A stretch of 64,000 nt of DNA. Source: an uncultured bacterium. Its GTDB lineage: Bacteria; Fermentibacterota; Fermentibacteria; Fermentibacterales; JCC-6. Under the pieces are notes generated by a model. The model ran no database searches, was not told the DNA's origin, and saw only the letters and a program-made list of their open reading frames with translations. Both the position numbers and the translations under genes were made by a program. Where the stretch lies: NCBI GenBank assembly GCA_964604135.1, contig CAZRXU010000001.1:16535-80534 (forward strand), written 5' to 3'. Of the stretch, positions 48,143 to 57,678 are shown in pieces; position 1 is the stretch's first letter; the number at the start of each line of letters is the position of its first letter.

Positions 48143-49151
48143 ACTGAGAAGCGATACTTTCTCAATACCAACCGATCCCATGAGAAATGCCATGGCGCAG
48201 GCTGAAGTAGGCGATGACGTTTTCAGGGAAGACCCTACAATAAACTCGCTGGAGCAGAGAGTAGCAGAGCTTCTTGGGAAACAGGCCGCTCTTTTTGTGC
48301 CGTCGGGAACAATGGGAAACGGGCTTGCAATCAGGTCTCTTGTTTCCCCGGGGCAACGCGTGCTCTGCGGATCGAAGAGCCATGTTTACAATTTCGAGGG
48401 TGATCAGTTCGCCCTTAACTGCGGTATTCAGATGCACAGGCTTGATGAAGAAGCCAGCGGTATGATACCGTATGAAAAGATACAGACTGCCCTTGAAATA
48501 CCCAAGAACATACACCGTGCTCCGGTAGCTGTTCTGGCACTTGAGAACACTCACAATTTTCAGGGAGGAACAATACTGCCGCAGAATGAAGTTGTGGAAG
48601 CATGTTCCCTTGCCCGTTCAAGAGGTGTCCGAACATACCTTGACGGAGCGCGTCTGTGGCATACCCATGCAGCCACAGGGATTCCACTGAATGAGCTGGT
48701 GCTGCCGTTCGATATGGTCTCGCTGTGTTTTTCCAAAGCTCTGGGTGCTCCTGTCGGTTCAATAGTTGCAGGATCTTTTGACCTTGTAGATAGAGCCAGA
48801 TGGTTCAGGAAGAGGATGGGCGGCGGAATGAGACAGGCAGGTATTCTGGGTGCTGCATGTCACTACGCTCTTGACCACAATCTGCCCAGGCTGGAGATTA
48901 CCCATGAATACGCCATGAAGCTGGCCGAAGCATTCAGATCCAGGGGCAGGTTCGGGGTTACCAGGGTGGATACTAATATTGTTATACTGAAAACACAGCA
49001 GGGTAAGGCTGCAGACCTTGCTTCAAAACTTGCTGAGCTGAACATTGCCGTTCTGGCAATAGACAGCAGTTCTGTGCGTTTTGTAACACATCTTTCTTTG
49101 GATCCTGAATGTGTGGACGAAGCTGCAGAAACAATTGAAAGGGAGTTATAG
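48126..49151 (+). CDS. ltaE: Low-specificity L-threonine aldolase
   Basis: LRSDT, GDDVF.EDP, SGTMGN, ENTHN, DGAR, CFSKALGAPVGS, GGGMRQAG. Confidence 0.92.
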   Translation: MNCSLELRSDTFSIPTDPMRNAMAQAEVGDDVFREDPTINSLEQRVAELLGKQAALFVPSGTMGNGLAIRSLVSPGQRVLCGSKSHVYNFEGDQFALNCGIQMHRLDEEASGMIPYEKIQTALEIPKNIHRAPVAVLALENTHNFQGGTILPQNEVVEACSLARSRGVRTYLDGARLWHTHAATGIPLNELVLPFDMVSLCFSKALGAPVGSIVAGSFDLVDRARWFRKRMGGGMRQAGILGAACHYALDHNLPRLEITHEYAMKLAEAFRSRGRFGVTRVDTNIVILKTQQGKAADLASKLAELNIAVLAIDSSSVRFVTHLSLDPECVDEAAETIEREL

Positions 49152-50069
49152 ATGAAAGCAGGAGTGACCGGAGTTGGTCATCTCGGTTTCCATCATGCCA
49201 GAATAATGAAAATTCTGGCTGATGAAGTAATGATTCACGACACAGATCCGGTTCGTCTGCAGAAAGTTTCAGAAGAACTTGGAATTCGGGCAGCGAGTTC
49301 TGTTGAGGAGCTTGTTGAATGGGCAGATGCGCTTGACGTTTCCTGCACTACTTCCGCCCACTATGAAGTGGTGCAGACTGCTCTTAAAAAGGGTGTTCCT
49401 GTTCTTGTAGAGAAACCCATTGCAGCCACTGTGGAGCAGGGTACCGAGATGGTTGAAACAGCTGATGAAAAAGGTCTTGTGCTTGCAGTGGGGCACATAG
49501 AAAGGTTCAACCCCGCAATGATTGCAGTGAACAATGCCATACAGAAACCGATCTTCATGGAAGGTCACCGTCTGGCCGGTTTCAGTGTTCGCGCCACAGA
49601 TGTTTCGGTTGTAATGGATCTGATGATACACGACATAGACATTGTTCTGTGGAAAGCGGCATCTCCTGTAGCCGAGATCCACGCCTCCGGTGTGCCGGTG
49701 CTTACAGAGACTGTGGATATTTGCAATGCCAGAATCCTGTTCGAGAACGGTGCTGTGGCAAACCTTACTGCCAGCAGAATTTCAGCAGCGCCCAAGAGAA
49801 AACTCCGCTTCTTCCAGAAGCACGGTTACGTGTCTGTAGACTTTGCTGCCCGGGAGGTAACAGCGCTGCAGCTCAAGGGTGGTTCAATAGTTCCCGTACC
49901 GGTAACCGTTCTGGAAAGTGATGCTCTCACAGCTGAAATCAGAAGCTTTTTAAGTGCGGTTACAGACAAAACACCTGTTGCTGTGTCCGGCAGGGAGGGG
50001 CTGAAAGCCCTTACTGCAGCAGCGGCAATACTGGAGAAATCCGAGAAGAGCATTCTCAACCTTCCATGA
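49152..50069 (+). CDS. Gfo/Idh/MocA oxidoreductase (GnnA-like)
   Basis: GVGHLGFHH, VEKP, GHIERFNP, DLMIHDID, TASRIS; directly upstream of lpxB. Confidence 0.8.
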   Translation: MKAGVTGVGHLGFHHARIMKILADEVMIHDTDPVRLQKVSEELGIRAASSVEELVEWADALDVSCTTSAHYEVVQTALKKGVPVLVEKPIAATVEQGTEMVETADEKGLVLAVGHIERFNPAMIAVNNAIQKPIFMEGHRLAGFSVRATDVSVVMDLMIHDIDIVLWKAASPVAEIHASGVPVLTETVDICNARILFENGAVANLTASRISAAPKRKLRFFQKHGYVSVDFAAREVTALQLKGGSIVPVPVTVLESDALTAEIRSFLSAVTDKTPVAVSGREGLKALTAAAAILEKSEKSILNLP

Positions 50070-51163
50070 AACTGCTTGTATCCGCAGGAGAAGCTTCAGG
50101 AGACCAGAGGGCGGCAGAGGTTCTAGCCGTCCTTAACCGGACTGAACCGGTGAATGCTTTCGGCCTGGGAGGAAACATGCTTGCCGCCGGGGGAATGAAA
50201 GTCAACCATCACTTAAGCAGTTATGCGGTTATGGGATTCGGAGAAATACTGTTTTCTCTGGGAAAATTTCTTAAACTGGAAAAAAGTCTCAAAGCTCTGT
50301 GCCTGAGGGAACAACCGGATTGTGTTCTTCTTGTGGACTACCCTGGATTCAACATGCGTTTCGGCAGGTGGGCAAAGAAGCACGGTTTTCCTGTGGTGCA
50401 CTACGTTGCTCCGCAGATGTGGGCATGGGGTGCGTGGCGCGCACGGAAACTGAAGAAGAGCACACACATCCTGCTTACACTGTTTGCCTTCGAAGTTCCT
50501 TTCTTCAGAAGCAGAGGGATAAAAGCAGTGTTTACAGGGCATCCGCTGAAAAAGCTCATACCGGTTCCCTTGCCAGGAGGTGATGCACTGGGTTTACTGC
50601 CTGGAAGCAGACATCAGGAGGTACACTATCTGCTGCCGTCAATGCTTGAGGCCTTTAAAACTCTTCGCGCAAGAGGGGTTGTAAACAAGGCACTGGTTGC
50701 TGTTTCAGCACACATTAACAGAGACATATACGCTGAAGCTGAAGCCACACAGGGTGTGGAGCTTGTCACGGGAACGAAGAAAGTACTTGCAGGTTCACGT
50801 GCTGCACTGGTGTGTTCCGGTACTGCCACACTGGAAACCGCACTCTCTGGTGTTCCGTTCGTTGTGTGCTACAGAACCGGTGCCTTTAGCTACGCACTTG
50901 CAAAGCTCCTGGTGAAGGGTGTTAAAAGAATTGGTCTTGCAAACATCATCGCCGGAACAGATGTGGCCGCAGAGCTGATACAGAACGATGTTACACCGCA
51001 GAACATCATCAGCCGTATTGAACCTCTGTTAAGCAGCAGAACTGCAGCAGAAGTTGCCCGAAAAAAGTTCCTGCTTGTTGGAGATGCCCTGGGTAACGGA
51101 GATCCTGCCGGGAACGCTGCTGCTGCAATACTGGAATTTGTTAGGGAATTCGATGAGAGATGA
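50066..51163 (+). CDS. lpxB: Lipid-A-disaccharide synthase
   Basis: AGEASGD, VDYPGFN, YVAPQMWAW, GHPL, LPGSR, SGTATLE. Confidence 0.95.
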   Translation: MKLLVSAGEASGDQRAAEVLAVLNRTEPVNAFGLGGNMLAAGGMKVNHHLSSYAVMGFGEILFSLGKFLKLEKSLKALCLREQPDCVLLVDYPGFNMRFGRWAKKHGFPVVHYVAPQMWAWGAWRARKLKKSTHILLTLFAFEVPFFRSRGIKAVFTGHPLKKLIPVPLPGGDALGLLPGSRHQEVHYLLPSMLEAFKTLRARGVVNKALVAVSAHINRDIYAEAEATQGVELVTGTKKVLAGSRAALVCSGTATLETALSGVPFVVCYRTGAFSYALAKLLVKGVKRIGLANIIAGTDVAAELIQNDVTPQNIISRIEPLLSSRTAAEVARKKFLLVGDALGNGDPAGNAAAAILEFVREFDER

Positions 51164-52934
51164 AACAGCAGGCTCTGCAGCACGAATTGTTCTGAGTCTG
51201 CTTGGTAAGTCATGGAGAATTTCAAGACTGAAGCCTGTAACAGGTCTCTGGAGCAGTTCTGCTCTGTTTGCCCTGTGGCACAGTGTTCAGCTGCCACTGA
51301 TGTATACCCACAGAAAAAAGGGGGTACGGCTGCTTATAAGCCGCAGCAGAGATGGATCACTTGTTTCCGCCCTTGGCAGAAAAATGGGATTCGGGATAGT
51401 AAGGGGTTCATCCAGCAGAGGAGGGGCTTCAGCGGCCCGTGAGATAGTTAAGGTTCTTCGCGCGGGGAATCAGGTGGCAATTACTCCCGACGGCCCTAAA
51501 GGGCCCCCGGAGGCGGTAAAGAAGGGAGTTTCTCTTATTGCCCGGAGGGCTGGTGTTCCAGTGGTTCCCTGTGGTGTTTCCGCGTTTCCTGCACTTCACC
51601 TTAAAAGCTGGGACAGGTTTACAATACCGATTCCTTTTGCAAGGGTGGTTATCAGCGAAGGCAGGCCGATTATGCCTGAAAGGTGTACGCAGTACACACT
51701 GAACGCAGCTATCAACTCAGAGGCGAGGCGAGCGGAGCTTATTACAAGCCCTGCAGCGTCTGTTTCTATCGGCATCATAAAAGCAATTGCATTCCTGCTG
51801 ACTCCACTTGCAGAGCTTGTTCTTGTGTTCAGACCAGGGAGCGAGCGCAGGGAGCGTAGAGGTATCGTTCTGGAAAACACTAGCAGGCCGGTGTGGCTGC
51901 ATGGTTCAAGTCTGGGCGAGCTTAAAGGGTTGATGCCTGTCATCGATATTTTCAAGGCTGAAGTCATTCCCTTCTTCGTTACTTGCTCAACTCCTGCTGC
52001 AAGGGAATTCCTGGAAAAGGAGAAACTCCCGGGTGCTTTTCAACCACTAGACACTTCTGCAGCAGTATCACGGTTTCTGAACAACATTAAACCAAGTGCG
52101 CTTATTCTTGCTGAAACCGAATTCTGGCCGATCCTTCTGCACGAAACAATTTCAAGAGGTATTACGGCAGGAATGGTAAACGCCAGGCTATCTGCAAAGA
52201 GTGCATCACGTTACAGACTGATAAAACCCCTGTTCAGCAGAACACTCCGGTGTTTCAGAGGTATTCTTGCAAGGTCAAAGGCGGATTCCGACAGGTTCCT
52301 GAAGCTCGGTGTAACAGCCGAAACTGCAGGTGACGGTAAATCTGCAGTGAAACCTGAACCGGCAGACCCAGCGTGGATGAAGAGAATAAAAAAAGGAAGC
52401 AACGGAATTTTAGTTGCAGGCTCAACAAGGAGTGGTGAGGAGCGGGTACTGCTGGAGATGGCCAGGATAGCAGGGCTTACGCCTGTAATAGTTCCAAGAC
52501 ATGCCAGTCGCGTGGCAGCGGTTGTTGCCCTTGCAGATAAGGCAGGGTTCAAACCTGATCTCTGGTCGGAAAACCCTGCAGACTCAGCGTGCCTGATAGT
52601 CGATGTCAGGGGTATTCTTGCATCTCTCTACAGCCTTGCAGATATAGCTTTTGTAGGGGGAACACTTGCACCTGTGGGAGGGCACAACATTCTTGAACCG
52701 CTTGCCCACGGTGTTTCAGTTATCGTAGGGCCTGAACACTTTCATTTTACCGATGTTGTGAAGCATGCCACAAGGAACAATATTTGCAGGGTGTTTTCCG
52801 ATGTGGAAAGTGGTGTTTCCGCCATTGATAAACTGCTGAGCCTTAAGTCGGAAAAGATCAGTTTTGATTACGGCGGTGAACTGTTTACGGGTAAACTAAG
52901 AGAACTTCTACAGAAAATGGATATAGTGCAGTAA
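51153..52934 (+). CDS. waaA: Fusion of DUF374 (LpxJ-like) acyltransferase and Kdo transferase WaaA
   Basis: N-half ALWH..SRSRDG..RGSSSRGG..TPDGPKGP..SWDRF.IP.PF; C-half WLHGSSLGE, ETEFWP, NARLS, AGST, VPRH, GGHNILEP. Confidence 0.88.
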   Translation: MRDETAGSAARIVLSLLGKSWRISRLKPVTGLWSSSALFALWHSVQLPLMYTHRKKGVRLLISRSRDGSLVSALGRKMGFGIVRGSSSRGGASAAREIVKVLRAGNQVAITPDGPKGPPEAVKKGVSLIARRAGVPVVPCGVSAFPALHLKSWDRFTIPIPFARVVISEGRPIMPERCTQYTLNAAINSEARRAELITSPAASVSIGIIKAIAFLLTPLAELVLVFRPGSERRERRGIVLENTSRPVWLHGSSLGELKGLMPVIDIFKAEVIPFFVTCSTPAAREFLEKEKLPGAFQPLDTSAAVSRFLNNIKPSALILAETEFWPILLHETISRGITAGMVNARLSAKSASRYRLIKPLFSRTLRCFRGILARSKADSDRFLKLGVTAETAGDGKSAVKPEPADPAWMKRIKKGSNGILVAGSTRSGEERVLLEMARIAGLTPVIVPRHASRVAAVVALADKAGFKPDLWSENPADSACLIVDVRGILASLYSLADIAFVGGTLAPVGGHNILEPLAHGVSVIVGPEHFHFTDVVKHATRNNICRVFSDVESGVSAIDKLLSLKSEKISFDYGGELFTGKLRELLQKMDIVQ

Positions 52935-52943
52935 GGTGGAACT

Positions 52944-54026
52944 ATGCGTCTTGACGAATTGCACAGAAATCTGACAGAGAGAGAAGGCTACTGGCTCTGG
53001 GGTGCCTGGTTTCTTCAGCCGGTGGCGTTTCTGTACTCTGTGGCTGCAGCATTTCACCGTTTTCTTTACGCGAAGGGCCTGCTGCCTGTTCGTTCTTTCA
53101 ATACCGTGGTGGTGAGCATAGGCAACATCGAGGTGGGAGGCGTTGGCAAAACCCCTGTAACCATCAGAATTGCCCGCAGTCTCTCCAAAATGGGAATAAG
53201 AACTGCCGTTGTATGTAAAAATATGTCACCTGGAAGCGTTCCTCCCATCGCTGTTCGTCAGGGCAACGCTTCAGGGGGCCCGTCTCTCAGTGACGAGGCT
53301 GTTCTGCTGGGCAAACTGCTGGGCAGTTCGTGTTCTGTGTACACAGCAGGAGACAAAACCGCTGCTGTGGAGCGAGCAGTGAGGGAGATGAAACCCGAAG
53401 TGGTCATAATCGACGACGGGTTTCAACACCATAAGTTGAAGAAAGACATCAATATAGTTGTTCTCAATGCCGACCATCCATTCGGCCAGGGGGGTGTTCT
53501 GCCAACTGGTACTTTAAGGGAATCTTCCAGGGCTCTGTCTCATGCTGACTACCTGTGGATTAACGGGGTTACATCAGACGCGCAGCTGTCTCTTGCCAGA
53601 AGGCTTGTTTCAGGCAGAAACTGGAAAGCACCTTTCGTTCCAAGCAGTGTTGTTCCCGGGAAACCTCAGCTGTACGACGGAACAACAGACAGAATCGGAA
53701 AGGTTGTTGCTTTCTGCGGCATAGGCAAGCCCCAGGGCTTCAGGAGCACACTGGAAAAAACAGGGTTTGAGATAGCAAAGTTCCACATATACCCAGATCA
53801 CTGGAACTACACGGAAAGCGATACAAAGCACCTTCTGGAAAGTCTTAGAAAGTCTTCAGCAGACTATCTCATCACCACAGAGAAAGATGCTGCCAGACTT
53901 GGCCCTGTTGCGGTAAAAACAATGGAACTGAGGGTTCTTCCAATAAGGCTGTCTGTGCTTGACCGGTCTGCCGAGGAAGAGCTGCTGGGCAGCATACTGG
54001 AGCTGACAGGGGGGAACCGTGACTAA
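52944..54026 (+). CDS. lpxK: Tetraacyldisaccharide 4'-kinase
   Basis: IGNIEVGGVGKTP, DDGFQH, PTGTLRE, FCGIGKP, PDHW.Y, TTEKD. Confidence 0.94.
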   Translation: MRLDELHRNLTEREGYWLWGAWFLQPVAFLYSVAAAFHRFLYAKGLLPVRSFNTVVVSIGNIEVGGVGKTPVTIRIARSLSKMGIRTAVVCKNMSPGSVPPIAVRQGNASGGPSLSDEAVLLGKLLGSSCSVYTAGDKTAAVERAVREMKPEVVIIDDGFQHHKLKKDINIVVLNADHPFGQGGVLPTGTLRESSRALSHADYLWINGVTSDAQLSLARRLVSGRNWKAPFVPSSVVPGKPQLYDGTTDRIGKVVAFCGIGKPQGFRSTLEKTGFEIAKFHIYPDHWNYTESDTKHLLESLRKSSADYLITTEKDAARLGPVAVKTMELRVLPIRLSVLDRSAEEELLGSILELTGGNRD

Positions 54027-55605
54027 AAAAACAGATGTTCTGATAATAGGCGGGGGAATGGCCGGACTTACATGTGCCCTGGAAATATCCACTAACTATT
54101 CTGTAACGGTACTCAGCAAAATAAATCTTCCTGCAGGAAGCACATTCCTGGCCCAGGGTGGGCTTGCTGCAGTTACATCTGAGGCCGACAGCTTTGAAAG
54201 CCACCTGAAAGACACTCAGAAGTCCGGTGCTGGAATGGTTGATGAGGCTGTGGCCCGTCAGATAATTTCCATGGGGCCGGAACTTGTTAATACCCTGTCA
54301 AACTTGGGTATAACTCTTGAGGGCTCCAATGGAGACGGCGGGGGAATGGAAGGGGGCCACTCTTTCAGGCGGGTGCTGCATTACTTCGACCAGACAGGCA
54401 GGTTTATCTCCGAGCACCTCGCTGAAGAGTGCAGAAAAAGAAAAAACATCACCATTGTCGAGGGAGCATTCGCCATCAATCTTATCACCGCTTCCCGGGA
54501 GGCACTGCCTCTTCTTGATATGGGCAGCGACAGATGTCTTGGTGCCTATGTGCTTATTGAAGGGGATGTTGTTACATTTCTGGCCGGTGAAACGGTTATC
54601 GCCACTGGAGGTGCAGGCAAAACGTACCGCTACACATCCAACCAGGATTCCTCAACAGGTGACGGTATAGCAATGGCATACAGAGCTGGCCTTCCTGTGA
54701 AGAACATGGAGTTTTACCAGTTTCATCCAACCTGCCTTTACCATCCAGACAAGAGGAACTTCCTTATTACAGAGGCTCTCCGAGGAGAGGGCGCAAAACT
54801 CTTGAACGAGGCTGGAAAGCGGTTCATGAAGTACTATGACCCGGAGAGAATGGAACTTGCTCCCAGGGACGTTGTTGCCAGAGCTATCGACAGTGAAATG
54901 AAACGTCTTGGCACCGATCACATGCTTCTGGATGCCACACACCTGTCACGGCAGTTCCTTGAAGAGCACTTTCCTGAGGTAACTTCAGGCGTAACCTCTG
55001 TTGGAATACAACCCTGGGAAGACCCCATTCCGGTTGTTCCTGCGGCACACTATTGTGTGGGGGGCATATCCGCAGCAACAGATGGTTCAACAGAGATGTC
55101 AGCTCTTCGCGTTATCGGCGAAGCGTCCTGCACAGGCTTTCACGGGGCCAACCGTCTTGGCAGCAACAGCCTTCTTGAAGCCGGTGTTATGGGGCTTCTG
55201 TGCGCCAGATCCTTTGAAGGCGACCTTTTTCGCCGCGTAACAGACCTTGAGGTGAGAGACTGGTCTTACGGCAGGGCGGAACCTCTTGAGGAAAGTGTTC
55301 TGGTAGATCATTCCTGGGCAAGTCTTAGAAGTGTAATGTGGGATTATGTTGGCATAGTAAAAACCGACAAGCGTCTCAGGCGGGCTCTTAAACTTCTCGA
55401 TGTGCTTGCCGATGAGGTGGAGGAAGACTACTGGACTCTTCTACCCACAGTAGAACAGCTGGAGCTTAGGAACCTCACCACAGTGGCAAGGGTTATAGTA
55501 AGAAGTGCGCTTCTGCGCAGAGAGAGTGTAGGGCTTCATTACCTTGTAGACTGTCCCCACAAATCGCACACAAGAACAGATACGGTACTGAGAATAAACC
55601 CGTAG
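54019..55605 (+). CDS. nadB: L-aspartate oxidase
   Basis: GGGMAG, AQGG, EGGHS..R, QFHPT, TEALRGEG, LAPRD, HGANRL.SNSL, RRES.GLH. Confidence 0.93.
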   Translation: MTKKTDVLIIGGGMAGLTCALEISTNYSVTVLSKINLPAGSTFLAQGGLAAVTSEADSFESHLKDTQKSGAGMVDEAVARQIISMGPELVNTLSNLGITLEGSNGDGGGMEGGHSFRRVLHYFDQTGRFISEHLAEECRKRKNITIVEGAFAINLITASREALPLLDMGSDRCLGAYVLIEGDVVTFLAGETVIATGGAGKTYRYTSNQDSSTGDGIAMAYRAGLPVKNMEFYQFHPTCLYHPDKRNFLITEALRGEGAKLLNEAGKRFMKYYDPERMELAPRDVVARAIDSEMKRLGTDHMLLDATHLSRQFLEEHFPEVTSGVTSVGIQPWEDPIPVVPAAHYCVGGISAATDGSTEMSALRVIGEASCTGFHGANRLGSNSLLEAGVMGLLCARSFEGDLFRRVTDLEVRDWSYGRAEPLEESVLVDHSWASLRSVMWDYVGIVKTDKRLRRALKLLDVLADEVEEDYWTLLPTVEQLELRNLTTVARVIVRSALLRRESVGLHYLVDCPHKSHTRTDTVLRINP

Positions 55606-55612
55606 GGAGTTC

Positions 55613-56137
55613 ATGAAGAAGCTTCTCCCCGTATTCCTGCTCATGGCAGCCTGCGTACCGGCTCCGGTGTACCGGGGCGCAGGTGTGAACTGTCGGGGTC
55701 CAATGCCTTCCTCTTGCGGAACAGTGGATTCTTCCACCGGGGAACCTGTACCTCCGCCTACCCCCGCCACATCAGTAGAGCACCGTATTCAGGGGGAAAT
55801 AGACAGCTGGATGGGCACACCATACGTGTACGGCGGCGTTTCCCACAACGGGGTAGACTGCTCTGGATTTACACAGGCTGTGTACCGTTCCGTTGGCATT
55901 GAAATTCCCAGAAGGGCATCCAGACAGGCTGCAGCTGCAGAAACAGTGAGAAGGGAAAACCTCAAGTACGGCGATCTTGTGTTCTTCAACACTTCAGGTT
56001 CAGGAATCTCCCACTGTGGTATCTACCTTGGAAATGGTGAGTTCGTACACGCTTCCAGCAGCAGGGGAGTAGTGCGGGATCTGCTGAATCACCCATACTA
56101 TTCCACTCGGTATGTGACCGGTGGAAGGTTCCTGTAG
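55613..56137 (+). CDS. NlpC/P60 (C40) peptidase lipoprotein
   Basis: Lipobox MAAC; GTPYVYGG, DCSGF, GDLVFF, HCGIY, HAS. Confidence 0.93.
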   Translation: MKKLLPVFLLMAACVPAPVYRGAGVNCRGPMPSSCGTVDSSTGEPVPPPTPATSVEHRIQGEIDSWMGTPYVYGGVSHNGVDCSGFTQAVYRSVGIEIPRRASRQAAAAETVRRENLKYGDLVFFNTSGSGISHCGIYLGNGEFVHASSSRGVVRDLLNHPYYSTRYVTGGRFL

Positions 56138-56142
56138 CGCCA

Positions 56143-57285
56143 ATGAAAATACTTGATATAAATAATCTTTACTCCCCATCCGGTGGCGGAATAAGAGTGT
56201 ATCACCACGAGAAGCTGAACTGGTGCAGCAAAAGTGGAATCGAAAATCTTCTGCTGTATCCAGCCCGGCAAAACACAACAGTTCATGTAAACGGAGGTAC
56301 CGTTCGCGGTATAAAATCTCCCGGCCTCGGAGGCAGCGGTTACAGCTTTTTCACCAGAGGAAAACCACTCAGGGAGATAATCGCCCGGTACAATCCAGAT
56401 GTAATTGAACTGGGCAGTGGCATTGTTGTTCCAGGAATGGTCAGAAATGCACTGCAAACAAAACCAGTATTCGCATACTTCCACTCAAACTGGCCTGAAA
56501 CTCTGCCAATGAGCGTTCTTGGTATCACCGGCAGATTGCAGCGAAATCTATTCAGAAAGCTAACAACCCCGCTTATGCACAGAGCCTACAGAGATCTGAA
56601 TGCTGTTATGGCAGGAAGCAATTACTCAATAGACTGCTTAAAACAGGCAGGCATAACAAGAATAAAAAAGATTCCCCTTGGTACAGATCCTGAAGTGTTC
56701 CACCCGAACAGGAGATCAACAGCACTTAGAAATGCCCTGGAAGTGCCTCCGGAAGGGAAGATAGTTCTTTACATGGGCCGTCTGGCTCCTGAAAAAGGAA
56801 TACAGGTTCTTCTTGAGGCATGTACCCCTCTGTTCAGAGAAAAACAGCTGACAGTGGTAATAGCAGGCAGTGGACACTGGAACAAAAAGGTACGCAAGGC
56901 TGCACACAGATATCCAGACAGGCTTAAACTGGTAAGCAGGGTTGAAACAAAATACCAGGCGGCAGAGCTTATGGCCAGCGCAGATGTGTTCGTTTCCGCA
57001 GGACCGCTGGAAACCTTTTCCCTCACAACACTTGAAGCCCTTGCCTGCGGAACTCCTGTTGCAGCCTGCACACAGGCAGCTGCCTCGGAACTGGTAACAC
57101 AGGCCGGGGGCAGTTCCACCTATTCTCCATGGAATTCAGGTGAAGCCCTTGCAGAAGCCATCTTTACGGCTGCATCAGCAACCCTTGAACAAAGAAAAAA
57201 ATACCGTGCCTTCGCAGAGCAGTACACCTGGAACACCTGTTTTGAAAAAGTGTTCAGGTTGTATAATTCAGAGTTGAACGCATAA
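56143..57285 (+). CDS. Glycosyltransferase family 4
   Basis: YSPSGGGI, GRLAPEKG, ETFSLTTLEALACGTPV. Confidence 0.88.
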   Translation: MKILDINNLYSPSGGGIRVYHHEKLNWCSKSGIENLLLYPARQNTTVHVNGGTVRGIKSPGLGGSGYSFFTRGKPLREIIARYNPDVIELGSGIVVPGMVRNALQTKPVFAYFHSNWPETLPMSVLGITGRLQRNLFRKLTTPLMHRAYRDLNAVMAGSNYSIDCLKQAGITRIKKIPLGTDPEVFHPNRRSTALRNALEVPPEGKIVLYMGRLAPEKGIQVLLEACTPLFREKQLTVVIAGSGHWNKKVRKAAHRYPDRLKLVSRVETKYQAAELMASADVFVSAGPLETFSLTTLEALACGTPVAACTQAAASELVTQAGGSSTYSPWNSGEALAEAIFTAASATLEQRKKYRAFAEQYTWNTCFEKVFRLYNSELNA

Positions 57286-57678
57286 ATAGCACTATTTCAG
57301 GCTCTCCAGCTATGGGGAACGGCAGAATCTCTTCGTGACACAGGGATCATTTCCGCAACGTCACGAAAATGATGCGGGATGAACTCACAAGGAATACTTG
57401 TTAGTTGCTCTGAAGGCTCCGGCGGATGCAGCAGAAGAAACAGCAGTGTAACACTGCCGCGGGTATTCCGGTCTGTGTATAGGAGCAAAGAAATACCCGG
57501 GTGTGGGATATTGCTTTGATTTGTGACTAAGCGATGGGTTATTGTATTCGATATCAGTAGTACTAACTAATGCAGGGAAGGAACAGTATTAGAGCGAATC
57601 AACTCAATCAATTTCACTTTCACCTTAGGCTATTGAGAGTGAAGCAGTTTTGTAAACACCTATACCAGGAGGTATACG

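Noticed and set aside
57286-57678. Intergenic region as ncRNA or riboswitch
   Set aside because: Only weak imperfect hairpins, with no recognisable family motif.
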